From Nitrosopumilus sp. (GTDB lineage Archaea; Thermoproteota; Nitrososphaeria; Nitrososphaerales; Nitrosopumilaceae), in assembly GCA_965207075.1 (NCBI GenBank), contig CBDBLO010000002.1:736001-800000 (forward strand): DNA of 64,000 bases. The letters are read 5' to 3'. Positions 1 to 10,600 of this stretch are shown here, piece by piece. The translations under genes and the position numbers were made by a program. The stretch's first letter is position 1; each line of letters starts with the position of its first letter. The notes below the pieces were generated by a model. The model saw nothing but the letters and a program-made list of their open reading frames with translations, did not search any database and was not told where the DNA came from.

Positions 1-12
1 GAAGCATAGCCC

Positions 13-1563
13 ATGCACGGCGTCATGGTGAGCCTGGCACCGTTCTGGTGGCGGTTCAGGGAGTCCGCGGCTGCCACTGCCGTCGTCTCCACCCCCCCCG
101 CCGTCACCTGCATCTGCCCCTTTTATCTTGGTCGCACGTGTGACGCCGTGAAGGACAGGCCCGCGTTCCTGCTGCAGGGACCAGCAATCTTGGGCATGAT
201 GCTGCTCGGCTTTGTCGTATACGTGGGGGTGATGACCGCGTTCACGGGCGTAATACAGGGCAGCCTGGCAGACGCCATAACGGAGGTCCCCACGATGCAC
301 GCGTACGACGATGACGGCAACCGCGTCTCTGCCGTGTCTGAGGAGGTCGCCATGGCCGCGCAGCCGCACCTTGAGCGCCGCGGCGAGCTGCGCGAACTGG
401 CCGCACTCCACATGCAGAACGCCGACTATGAGGCGCTGACGAAAACGGACGAGGAGATCGATGCCATAAACGAGGAACTCTTAAGGATGGGATACCGCGA
501 CACCGACAGTAGCATCGCGGCCATGTACTGGTGGTTCGCCTACCCCGCAGCTGCCATACTGGTCGCGATGACCATGTTCTCGGGCGCGGGGCACTTTTGG
601 GAGAAGGGGTTCGGCATATGGCGCCGCGGCGCGTCCCTTGAGATGTTCCGCGCGTCTATCTTCGGGCTGGTGGCCATATTTCTGGTGCCTGAGGTATGGG
701 ACGTGTTTGCCATATACATGACCGAGTTTGCCAGATACATGATGAACCCCGGCGGCGACCCGCATACGGTAATTGACTCGCTCTGGTGCAAGATGGGGGC
801 CTCTGCCGCGTGCATGTACGACTTTGCCGGCGTCCTCGACCCTATATCGTGGAGCACGGCGCTCGCAAGCCCCAACGACTTCGGGCAGAGCCTGATGGGC
901 GAGGTGCTCATGCCGTTCTTCAAGCTGATGCCGGCGCTCGTCGTGTCCCTCGTGGTGTTCGTGACGGCAAAGGTGCGCGTGCTGTTCATCAGTATAGTGC
1001 TGATCACCCTGCCGATGTGGCTCGTCCTGCGGAACGTCCCGTACCTCCAAAAGCACGCCAAGAACATGATGGACAACATGGTGGGCGCCTCGTTTGCTCC
1101 ATTTCTGTCGGCCGTAACGCTGTACGTGGGCTGGACACACGTCTCAAACGCTCCGATGCCGTCGCTGGAGGAGTGGGTCTCCGTGCTGGGGATAGTGACA
1201 CTTGCGGGCCTCTGGCCGCTCATCCTGGCCCCGTTCCTGAGCAACGTGACGGGCACCATACAGGGCGCGATTCAGACGGCTGTCGTCAGCAGCAGCAACA
1301 TGGCCATGCAGATCGGGATGGGGGGCGCCGTGGGCGCGGCCGGCGGCGCGGCGACAGGCGGGCTGGGCGGCTCCCTCAGGGGCCTTGCCACGGGGGCGGG
1401 GCAGGGCGCAATCAGGGGCATGCCGGCAGTCGACAAGCTGGTGAAGGGAGGCAGCAGCACGGACATGTTGGCCGGGGCGGACAACGGCGAGGAGGACGGC
1501 CCTGCTCCCGGAGACAGCCTCGGCGGTTTCTCCTCCGAGAAGCCTGCCGCGGGCGCAAGATGA
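13..1563 (+). CDS. VirB6/TrbL-like polytopic membrane protein of a conjugation/DNA-transfer system (true start probably downstream, ~197)
   Basis: Multiple hydrophobic TM segments, central 'KVRVLFISIVLITLPMWLVL..P' and a Gly/Ala-rich tail (GGAVGAAGGAATGGLGG) typical of VirB6/TrbL; VirB4-like gene in the same region. Confidence 0.7.
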   Translation: MHGVMVSLAPFWWRFRESAAATAVVSTPPAVTCICPFYLGRTCDAVKDRPAFLLQGPAILGMMLLGFVVYVGVMTAFTGVIQGSLADAITEVPTMHAYDDDGNRVSAVSEEVAMAAQPHLERRGELRELAALHMQNADYEALTKTDEEIDAINEELLRMGYRDTDSSIAAMYWWFAYPAAAILVAMTMFSGAGHFWEKGFGIWRRGASLEMFRASIFGLVAIFLVPEVWDVFAIYMTEFARYMMNPGGDPHTVIDSLWCKMGASAACMYDFAGVLDPISWSTALASPNDFGQSLMGEVLMPFFKLMPALVVSLVVFVTAKVRVLFISIVLITLPMWLVLRNVPYLQKHAKNMMDNMVGASFAPFLSAVTLYVGWTHVSNAPMPSLEEWVSVLGIVTLAGLWPLILAPFLSNVTGTIQGAIQTAVVSSSNMAMQIGMGGAVGAAGGAATGGLGGSLRGLATGAGQGAIRGMPAVDKLVKGGSSTDMLAGADNGEEDGPAPGDSLGGFSSEKPAAGAR

Positions 1564-1618
1564 ACTGAAACAGGACGGAGGACCGCGCGGAAAACCACGG
1601 GCGGAGCCAGACCGGCAC

Positions 1619-2698
1619 GTGCAGAAAAACATGCGGGGCAAGCCTGATGCAGCCGGATGTCCAGTCCGCCCGGGGACATCCACAATAATAAAAGCATATA
1701 AGGTACTATACCGTACATACAACATGCCGGTAATACTGCGGAGAGGCGAGACTATGGAGTCCCAGCACAAGGTAAGCACCAAGTTTGGCGGCGGCATGCT
1801 GCACGTCACCGACAGGGCCCTGATAATAGAGATCAAAAAGAAGGGAATAATATTCCACAGGTTCCACAGCCAGATGTCGGGAATAAAGGCAAGGGGGATC
1901 AGAAAGATAAGGCTGCAGTGGCCCGAGGGCTCCGGCCTGTTTGACTTTGAGTTCAAGGCGTGGGGCGCGGGAAGCATCGTGCGCGCCATCATCGAGAAAC
2001 ACGACTATGCAAAAAACTACTCGCTTGACGGCGTCAGCAGGGTGATATTTACAGAACGGCAGAGAAAGGAAATGCGCAAAGCCCGCGAAAAGTGGGCCGC
2101 AAGGCAGATCCGTATCGCGGAGAAGAGGGGCGACGGGCAGGCGGCCGACGCGTGGAGGTGGCTCCTGCTCTACGCGCACGGCATATCGTGCAGCCGCTCC
2201 GTGCGGATACCGGGCCGCGTCGAGGACCACGCGTGCTGGAACGACTCCTGGATTGACGACAGGTACGCGTACACGTTCAACCACTACTGGACAAGCGGCA
2301 TGTTCGAAAAGGCCCCCGTACGCGGGGGCGGGACGGACACGGAGACGGGGGCATACCGCATACCGGTCGAACACGTGCGGTTCTTTCACGGGTACCCGTA
2401 CGTCAGCGGCGACGCGTTTGTAGACCCGGTGTACGAGCAGGGCTTTCTGGTTCCGACCATGCTGGAGTCGATGATCGACGGCGAGATGATAGTGAAGAGG
2501 TACAGGCCCCGCGACAGGCTCAAGATGGGGGTAGGGCTGGACGTCGTGGATCCCACATCCATACTGGGGTACCTCAACGATCCAAAGGAGGCTACCGTAG
2601 GGGGCAGAAGCGACTCCCCGCTCACCCCGGCCGAGGCCAGGGTTCTTCACGGGCATGGTCTTGTTCCAGACGAGGCAATCCGGCAGGTTGGCCGGTGA
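1619..2698 (+). CDS. Hypothetical protein (start probably 1723 or 1754)
   Basis: Long ORF with protein-like composition directly after the VirB6-like gene; AT-rich promoter-like stretch at ~1684-1702. Confidence 0.6.
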   Translation: MQKNMRGKPDAAGCPVRPGTSTIIKAYKVLYRTYNMPVILRRGETMESQHKVSTKFGGGMLHVTDRALIIEIKKKGIIFHRFHSQMSGIKARGIRKIRLQWPEGSGLFDFEFKAWGAGSIVRAIIEKHDYAKNYSLDGVSRVIFTERQRKEMRKAREKWAARQIRIAEKRGDGQAADAWRWLLLYAHGISCSRSVRIPGRVEDHACWNDSWIDDRYAYTFNHYWTSGMFEKAPVRGGGTDTETGAYRIPVEHVRFFHGYPYVSGDAFVDPVYEQGFLVPTMLESMIDGEMIVKRYRPRDRLKMGVGLDVVDPTSILGYLNDPKEATVGGRSDSPLTPAEARVLHGHGLVPDEAIRQVGR

Positions 2699-3052
2699 TG
2701 CACAGAACTAGAACATATTCCCACCCCTGGGAACATGCCGATAGGCGTAACGTCATACATGGGCGAGAAGGGAATGCACGAAGTGGTCTCAAAACCGGTG
2801 AAATTTTTCAAGGATTCCGTGGTTGCGGTGGAAGGGCATTATGACATCAAAAAATGTATATGTTTGCGCCGGACAAGTACGTGTGTTCCGCCGAAATGGC
2901 ATCAAACCACGCCGTCGAAGGCAATATGCGCCGCTTTGCTAGCAGGCGCGGAGCGGGCGCTCCACGGCCGCTACTTGTGGAGCCCGTTCTGAGAAGACTG
3001 TTTGCGGAGTTCGTTCCGGATCGGAACATGGCGTTTGAGATGAGCGAAGGTA

Positions 3053-3562
3053 TTGCCGTGGTCAAGGCGGCACTCGGTTCTGGCCGAAACAAGCATGGCC
3101 GTTAGGGAGTGTTATGTTTTGAACAGCATCATCTATCTGGTTTTCACTGCATCCTTGGCGTTGTGTGTTTTTGATACTCCGGCGTATGCTGAGGATGACT
3201 GGGACAAAAAACCGTCAAAGATTGAAGTGGACCGCAACGTCGTATACATGAGTGGGGCAACCATCATAAGCCTAGCAACGTTTGGATCCATTTTGGGCAT
3301 AAGGGTAAGGACAAACCGCAAGACCTTCAGAAGTCAATCAATTGCATTCGGGATGATTTGGTTGGGCACCATCGCTATAATCTGGATTCAAGGATCGCTT
3401 ATGATATACGCATGTTGTCTCAAACTAGATCCTTCTTTGCTCCATTTCTTCCTTCTTGGTACGTGTGCTACTTTAGTTGCCATAATCACGGGAGTTGTAA
3501 TTATTCATGGCCCGTCACGTGATCAAGCCTCGGATCTAGCCAAATCCGGTTCAACCTCCTAG
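3053..3562 (+). CDS. Hypothetical membrane protein (lower GC; start probably 3095)
   Basis: Signal-like segment (…TPAYA-EDD) followed by three hydrophobic helices. Confidence 0.55.
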   Translation: MPWSRRHSVLAETSMAVRECYVLNSIIYLVFTASLALCVFDTPAYAEDDWDKKPSKIEVDRNVVYMSGATIISLATFGSILGIRVRTNRKTFRSQSIAFGMIWLGTIAIIWIQGSLMIYACCLKLDPSLLHFFLLGTCATLVAIITGVVIIHGPSRDQASDLAKSGSTS

Positions 3563-4005
3563 GGCCCATCAGATATGTATTCCGGATACAGCGCCCTGTA
3601 TATCTGCCGTCTGGCCGGCGCGTGCCTGTGCGCATCGGTACCTTCCTGATTACTGATGGCATCAATGTAGTATTGCAGCCACTTGCCGACCTGCTTGTAC
3701 ACCACACTGGATAGCCGCCGAATCTCCCAACACCCCTGTCCCGTACTATTTGCAAAGCCTCGCATGCAGGTTCGCGGTACCTGTCGCCGAACCACCGGGC
3801 CTTGATCCGTTCCAATACGCCCACATTCACAATGATTTGCGGTCTGCAAAGGCCGAACATTTGAAGCCTAGCTTGACACGGCGATTGTCCTAGCTAAAAG
3901 AGAACAAGAGGCGGCATAAGGAGATGACCTCATGAGCGTTGGATGGTGTGGTTGCGTGCGGGTACCGGTGGCGCGACATAAAAGGAGGAGCGCACACGTA
4001 ACAGC

Positions 4006-4089
4006 ATGACGCAACTCAAGAAAGGACCGGGTGGACGGCCTAGCACGAAGCCGGGCAAGCCATCCGGAGGCGGCAGGGACAACTACTAG
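4006..4089 (+). CDS. Small Gly/Pro/Lys-rich peptide MTQLKKGPGGRPSTKPGKPSGGGRDNY (27 aa)
   Basis: ATG at 4006, TAG at 4087-4089, AAAGGAGG ~20 nt upstream, immediately followed by hairpin + T-tract. Confidence 0.5.
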   Translation: MTQLKKGPGGRPSTKPGKPSGGGRDNY

Positions 4090-4099
4090 GACACTCTTT

Positions 4100-4128
4100 C
4101 CCGCATGGGGCGGGCTTTCCTTTTTTTA
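4100..4128 (+). terminator. Hairpin plus oligo-T terminator
   Basis: CCCGC-ATGGG-GCGGG followed by CTTTCCTTTTTTT. Confidence 0.55.
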
Positions 4129-4301
4129 TCTGGTGTGGGCTTTGCTTGGTTGCAACCCTGACTGCCGCTAATCCTCATCTTTGTGGACCGGCCAAAAGTA
4201 CTCTTTCTTGTGAGCCCCAATCTGTACGACCTTGGACTGACAGAGCCACAGCCGGACCACAAACAGATATTCATAAATTGTAGCGCGGAGATCGTTTTTT
4301 C

Positions 4302-4712
4302 ATGGTCACCCTGACCGCACACACGGTGCCGGAAATCGTTGGCACGGCCAGGCGCCTAGGGTTCGACGAGATTGCGGACAGGCTGGACTACCTGCACAAA
4401 CTTCCGCTGGAGAACGGCGCCGATCCGATGAGCCCGGACTCTGCAAGATCGCTCGTGTTCTTTCTGATAAGGTACCACAAGGAATTGCCAGAGACCGCTA
4501 TAACGATGAACCCGGAAGGGCACGTGCACGGGGATTGGGAATTTACAAAGGACAGTAACTTGGCAGCCCAGTTCCTGCCCTCCGGGGATGTCTGGTTTGA
4601 TTATGCATCAAGGGACAAAGATACCGGGCACTTTAGGTCGCGAGAGACAGGAACGGCTGCACCTGATGACATGCTCAAAAAAGTTATTCCACTTGTTGGC
4701 CGTGCGATGTAA
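4302..4712 (+). CDS. Hypothetical protein, possible antitoxin/partner of the downstream gene
   Basis: 136-aa ORF, stop 3 nt before the next ATG. Confidence 0.6.
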   Translation: MVTLTAHTVPEIVGTARRLGFDEIADRLDYLHKLPLENGADPMSPDSARSLVFFLIRYHKELPETAITMNPEGHVHGDWEFTKDSNLAAQFLPSGDVWFDYASRDKDTGHFRSRETGTAAPDDMLKKVIPLVGRAM

Positions 4713-4715
4713 ACC

Positions 4716-5156
4716 ATGACCGATGTCAGCAGCCTCTCCTTTTTAGGCCGGTATTGCAGTCCAAGCACTGTCAAAGACGGCGTGCCAACAGCAGACGCCT
4801 TTTGGGTTCGCCCCATCGAGGAATACCTCTCCGTCAACGTCCTGCCCGGTGACCTCGGAGTGGAGGAGGGGCTTGCGCAGATCAGAGAGATACTTGGCAA
4901 AAAGAGGTTTGGCACGAGCCCAAACGGTCGGTTTGCAGTCTTCAATGCGGGGCGCATCATACAGTACATACGAGACTACAGGCGCGTGGATGTCAGAATA
5001 GAGCACATGCCCTCGCCTGACGATCCGACCCACGCAGGCATCGCGCCTGCAGAAATAGACGACTCGAATGCACGGTATGAATCGACACGCCTCATGGCGC
5101 GAGCATTGTCACAGTTTTTCAGAGAAAATCCCGACTCTGTGTATCCGGCACGATGA
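4716..5156 (+). CDS. Putative RES/ADP-ribosyltransferase-fold toxin-like protein
   Basis: Motif pattern R..(AF)..LSV ... P..DP.HA.I recalled from RES-like small proteins. Confidence 0.45.
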   Translation: MTDVSSLSFLGRYCSPSTVKDGVPTADAFWVRPIEEYLSVNVLPGDLGVEEGLAQIREILGKKRFGTSPNGRFAVFNAGRIIQYIRDYRRVDVRIEHMPSPDDPTHAGIAPAEIDDSNARYESTRLMARALSQFFRENPDSVYPAR

Positions 5157-5287
5157 CCCCACGCCGGCACTGCACGGCCATCCCGCTTTTCTGGATCGGC
5201 CGGATCCCCCAACTAATCTAGATTTACGTACTGCCGGCGTCCTTCCGCCGGGAAGAAAAAGAAGAAAAAAGGTGGGGATGCCGCAGG

Positions 5288-5812
5288 CTACTGCGGCGAT
5301 ATTATCTTGGTCTGGGAGTACGTGCCTCCTCCGGCAATGTCGGCCCTGACCTCGACCAGATACTTTTGGCCAATGGTGAGGCGGTGGTCGCCGTCGTTCT
5401 CTGCGCTTGCCGTCGGGTTTGCCGAGCGGTCCTCCGTGTCCCCGACAAAGATCTTTTCGTTTACGGTTGCAGTGACCCCGGAGTGTATGCTGGCAGGCTC
5501 AAACGCTGCTATGAACAGGTCGTCCTCGTCGACTGTGTCGTCTCCGATGTCAAGCGTGACTATGACTACGGCGTTGCTGATGTCCGTGTTGCCGGAGTTC
5601 TTGATCATGCCCGTGATGTACGAGGTGCTGCCGGTGTTCTGGATGTTGAGGCGTTTTACCTCCACCGCATCCAAGATCAGTCCGGTCGTTACGATGTCGG
5701 TTGTGGTGGCGGCCAGGATGCCTCCGATCGACACCACTATACCGATCAGTATTATGGTGACGATCATACCGGAGATAGCCTGGCGCGGTTGGTTCTTCAC
5801 GCTACGTACCAT
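5288..5812 (-). CDS. Archaeal type IV pilin/archaellin-like protein with class III signal peptide
   Basis: MVRSVKNQPRQA|ISGMIVTIILIGIVVSIGGILA: basic leader, cleavage site, hydrophobic helix; IKNSGN motif; T-rich terminator on minus strand at ~5253-5272. Confidence 0.8.
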   Translation of the reverse strand: MVRSVKNQPRQAISGMIVTIILIGIVVSIGGILAATTTDIVTTGLILDAVEVKRLNIQNTGSTSYITGMIKNSGNTDISNAVVIVTLDIGDDTVDEDDLFIAAFEPASIHSGVTATVNEKIFVGDTEDRSANPTASAENDGDHRLTIGQKYLVEVRADIAGGGTYSQTKIISPQ

Positions 5813-5927
5813 CTGATTTGGATAAAAGGCGCAAATGCCCGACTGCAAGGGGGCGCCAGAGCGCGCGTAAGAAAAGACGCTGCACCCCCCCCCAAACGGC
5901 TCATCGGCATGCCGCCGAAGAAAAACC

Positions 5928-7616
5928 TCAGAACGGGAGCGACGGCATCCCGGCGACTCCCGCAAGCCTGTCATAGTATAATATGCCCGCTATGACTGCC
6001 AGCAGCACCCCCGTGTGCAGGCTGTGCAGTATGGTCGCATACCTGATCTGAGAGACCAATACCATGGAGCAGAACGCCCCCACCACGACGAGCACCAGGT
6101 TCAGCTCCGCAAGCAGCCCGCCCGTGTCGTATCCCAGGTACGGGGCATCCGGTGCAGTGTCGCCCGCCAGAACGTCGAGCGCGGCGAACTGGTCAAAGCT
6201 CATCACCGGGATCATGATGATCATCATCACGACTATGACGGCCCCCATGTACCCTGTCATCAGCGGCGTTGTAGTCTTGGCGGACATCTCCCTTTTCGTC
6301 TCGATGTGGTGCGACGAAAACAGCGCCAGCCTGTCCAAAACGGCGGGCGTCACGGAGCCGCTGCGCGCCGCCTGCGCCATCAGTGTCATGACGCAGTCGG
6401 CAAGCCACGAGCCCGTCCGCACCTCCTGCAGCGCCTTTGATATCTCGACGCCCAAAAGGACGCGGGACCTGACGCCCCGCAGGACATCGTTGAACTGGGT
6501 AGTGTACGGGGCCATGGCTTCCGCGGACGCAAACGCCGCAAAAAAGCTCGGGTTTGAGCGCATCTTCTGGTTTATGTCGCGCACGAACGAGGGAACCGAC
6601 CGCTCCAAGCCCGACATGCCGGCAAGGTGCCTGCGGGACATGCAGTGGTTTGCGATGCACCACGTGGCAAGCGGGAATGCCGCAATCTCCCACCACGACA
6701 TGCCAATCAGGAGGCAGGTGATGCCGACCGCGCCCGCCGCCGCCACGGGTATCCTGCTGACGGGTATTTTGCCCGCCGGCACGGGGGATGCCGCCGCCGC
6801 CCTTGCCACCAGGGCCATAGTGATGGCAGGCACCGCCAAAATGCCGAACCCACACAGGAACAAAAGGGTGTACTGGTCCATCATTATCCCCCCCACCACG
6901 ACGAATATCGGGAACATCGCGAGCCCGAACGACCCGATGGTGGCAAGCATCTCGGCAGTCGACGCGTACGCGTCCATGCGCTGTTTGGCGGCCGTGTGGT
7001 ACTCCCGCAGCCTCTCGTGCAGGTATGCAGCCGTACCGACGCCGCCGGTTGTCTGCGATACCGCATAGCCGCGCAAAAAATCCCGGAACGCGACAGACGG
7101 GTGCGCCGTGCCGAGGCTGTGCAGCACGTCGGCAAACGATCTCGAGAACACCCGCATCTCACGCCGTATTATCAGGGACTCGCGGTACATGGCCGGGAAC
7201 ATCGAGCCGCCGCTACCGCTACCGAGCGCCTCAAAGGCCCCGTGCAGCCCGCGGCCGGTCTTTTCCATGATGTCGCAGTATATGGCAAAAAAGAAGAGCT
7301 CCGCGTCCGCGCCGGCCGCCCTTTTTCGCGCGGCATCCCGGAGCCCCATGCCCTTTATGAAAAACATGGCCGGGGGAGCCGCCAGAAACAAGAGCGAGTA
7401 CGGCGCCCCGGTGGCGGCATACAGTATAATCGAGATGCAGGCAGCCGGGATTGCACCGAGAAGCGTGGCGCCGACAGACTCCGTGGCTTTCTGGCGCGGG
7501 GAGGCAGCTATGCCGGCCGCGGGGATGTCCCGCGAGTAGCGCCCCGCCAGATATCGGTGCATCCTCCTGACAGCGCCAAACCTCAGCATGGCGTGGCCCG
7601 TTCTACCCGTAATCAT
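5928..7616 (-). CDS. TadB/TadC (T2SS F-domain) pilus assembly platform membrane protein
   Basis: Two duplicated GspF-like domains (DAELFFFAIY…HPSVAFRDFL; ERSVPSFVRDI…) each followed by TM helices; adjacent to pilin. Confidence 0.8.
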   Translation of the reverse strand: MITGRTGHAMLRFGAVRRMHRYLAGRYSRDIPAAGIAASPRQKATESVGATLLGAIPAACISIILYAATGAPYSLLFLAAPPAMFFIKGMGLRDAARKRAAGADAELFFFAIYCDIMEKTGRGLHGAFEALGSGSGGSMFPAMYRESLIIRREMRVFSRSFADVLHSLGTAHPSVAFRDFLRGYAVSQTTGGVGTAAYLHERLREYHTAAKQRMDAYASTAEMLATIGSFGLAMFPIFVVVGGIMMDQYTLLFLCGFGILAVPAITMALVARAAAASPVPAGKIPVSRIPVAAAGAVGITCLLIGMSWWEIAAFPLATWCIANHCMSRRHLAGMSGLERSVPSFVRDINQKMRSNPSFFAAFASAEAMAPYTTQFNDVLRGVRSRVLLGVEISKALQEVRTGSWLADCVMTLMAQAARSGSVTPAVLDRLALFSSHHIETKREMSAKTTTPLMTGYMGAVIVVMMIIMIPVMSFDQFAALDVLAGDTAPDAPYLGYDTGGLLAELNLVLVVVGAFCSMVLVSQIRYATILHSLHTGVLLAVIAGILYYDRLAGVAGMPSLPF

Positions 7617-10600
7617 TTTGGCGCCTTTCCTCCTTCTTGGTGCCCCGCGCCGTTGTGGCCGTCCGGGACGTTATCTCCCGCCCCACCCTTGCCATCCCGT
7701 CTAGCGCGCCGCCGATCACGTACGATATGCGCGAGCCCGCCTTCCTGTATGCGATGTATCCGGTCGCCGCCGCCACGCCTGCCAGTATAACGGACATCAC
7801 GCGCGCATAGTCCGGCTCGTATACGGCTGCCAGCTCCGTGTCGCGGTGGGCCTGCATGACAAACGAGGACGGCTTGCCGGGAGCCCCCTCCCAGTATGCC
7901 AGGCGCTCCGGTATGAGGTGCGGCACTATATGGCCCGGCTCCGCCCGTATCTGGACGTCGGCCCCGTACGGGTATATGCCGCCGCCCGAGCCGCCCGTCA
8001 CGAACACCTGCACGCTCCTCTCGTATGTGGCGGTGACCGTTATGGCGTCGTCTCCGGGCCCCACGCGTATCCCGTCGTAGGCGCCGTCGCCATTTTCGTC
8101 AGCCAGGTATCCGCCTCCTCCCCCATATGCCACGTCAAGCAGGCCGTACCCCGAGTCGAGGGCCTCGGGAAACACAAACTGCAGGTGCTCCGGGTGCCGC
8201 AATGTAGTCTCAAACGGCGTGACGAGCTTGGTGCCGTTGCCCAGCGAGAATTCTATTTCGAGCCCGCTGCCGCCGTCGTCTGATACGGCGTCGACCCTGA
8301 GGAGGACCGCCATCTCCGAATGTATGGGCACCGACACGGTGCCGGGCTCGAACCCGTCTATGTGGCCCCGCACCACAATGGTGGCGTCGCCCGGGGTGGC
8401 GGGGGTGACCCGGAACACCCCGGGCGCGGCCTGCTCCACGGGCCAGGGCGAGTCCGCCACTTCATATGATGTGTACGGGAGGGCGCGGTCGGCACTTGCC
8501 GCGGCGCCACTGCCACTACTATCATCATCATCATCATCATTGTTGTTGTTGCCACCCGCAGGCAGCAAGACATCAGGCGCAACCAGCGACGACGACACGC
8601 GGATCTCAAACGGCTCGCCCGCGGCGACCCGCGGCGGGGCGTCTGCCGTGAGGTTCATGTAGTTGAGAAACGAGACTATTTCATTCTGGACGCCGCCCCC
8701 CAGGGAATGCAGGACACCCACCAGGTGGGAACCGGCGCCGGACACTGCACCTACCGTCCCGCCGTGGTATAGGAAACCCGTGGCGGCAGCAGCAGGCGGC
8801 ACCCCGCCGCCTCCCCCTCCCCCTCCCTGCTTTGTCGACGCAGCCGCCATGTCCACCCTCTCCACCGGTATCCCGAACGGGTCGACCGTATGGATGGCAA
8901 ACGGAAAGTCCTCGCCCGAGTGCACTACAGACGGCACGGCCATCTCTACCGAGACCGGGACGCCGCCCGGCGTGACGGTGCCGTATGCGGGGCCCGCGGC
9001 CCCGGGGCTGCCCTCCAGCGTGGCTACCACGCCGGTCTCCCCCGTGACTACACCGTATATGACGGCCGTATTCGATGATGACGACGTGGATGCGCCGATC
9101 GCCACGTTCTCGACGCGGCCGTCCCCGAACGCCACGGATATGGTCCTGTCCCGCCCGAACTCGCCGCGCACGTCTATTATGCGGCCCTTGCCGTCGATGA
9201 TGCTTGCCACGTACAGCGGCTGCGCCGTGGCGCCGAGCATGGCCGGAACCGGGACGAGCTGCAGGCGGTAGCCGGTCTCGTACGGGGCGGCGACGCGGAG
9301 CGTGCCGGTGGCCGTATGCCCCCCCGAGGTCACGCCTATGTCGTACGTCCCCTCCCGGCCCGCCGCAATCGGAAAGTCGTACGCGTTGGTGTACCTGGTC
9401 GGGTGGGCGACGTGGACGGGCTGGACGAGCACGTCCCCGTGCGGGGCCGCCACCGTCACGCGGTGGTAGTCCGCCCTTACCGGGATCAGCCGCGTGTACT
9501 CGGATTCCGTGTCAATCTTGGTGCCGTTCTCGTCGTATGTGACGGTATGCGCGGTCTCCGTCTCCAGGTGGTAAAAACCGACCGTCCCGCGCGCGGCGTG
9601 GCCGGTCACGTCGGGATAGACCCAGAACCGTATGTGGTTTGCAGGCGGCTTTTCTGGCAGCTCCCGCGGAAGCTGCGGGATGCCCTGGTGCCCGCCATGT
9701 ATGGCGGCGCGGGCGTGCTCGTCCACTATGCGCTGCGCGTATTCCCGGAACGTCTCGGCCTTGCCGCCGCCGCCGCCGCCGCACCCGACCGGCTCTGCCG
9801 CCGCCGCACTGCCGGCTTCCGCTACACCGGCATCGCGCGCCGTGCCGTTTTCGGGGATCTGCAGAGTGCCGCCGCCGTTGCGGTCTATATCGCCGCCGCC
9901 GCCACTGTTGCTGCTACTGCCACCACCACCACCACTGTCCTTGACATCCCCAAACACGACCGCGCCGACGCAGACGGGCACGGACGCGACGCCGTACCCG
10001 GGTATCGTCGCGGTCAGGACGACGTGTCCGGGTTCCAGCCCCGCGTAGGCAGTACCCTGCGCCACGCCGTTGCGCACTACAACCGTGCCGGAGCTTGAAT
10101 CCTTGTTTGCAGGGACGTTTTCCGTCAGCCGGACCGCGTCCACGTTGGTGGTCTGAATCTCGCCGCGTATCACGCGCGGCGGGTGGAAGGGGCTGCCCTG
10201 CACATCATAGTCATCATCATCATCGTAATTTCCGCCCTTTTCCATCCATATCGTATAGTGTACGACTCCCCCCTGCAGGATCACGTCCGGGACTGCGGCC
10301 ATGTGGACCGTGACCGCGTCCCGGTCGTATACTATGTGTTCGGTATCGGCATCCAGTCCCGCGGCCGCCGCCGTCACGGAGCCGGACCCGTTGACCTGCA
10401 GTGCGAATGCCGCGTAGGTCTGCCCCTCCGCTATGGGGACGATACGGGGGGCGCCTATCATGCCCGATGCCACGATGCGCACGTCCGTGTCGCGGACTGC
10501 CTGCACCGGGTACCCGTTGCCGTCAAGCACCACCACGACTGCGGTGATGTCCGATGCCGACGTTACATTGCCCGGCATTACCAGATCCAGGCCGCTCGGG

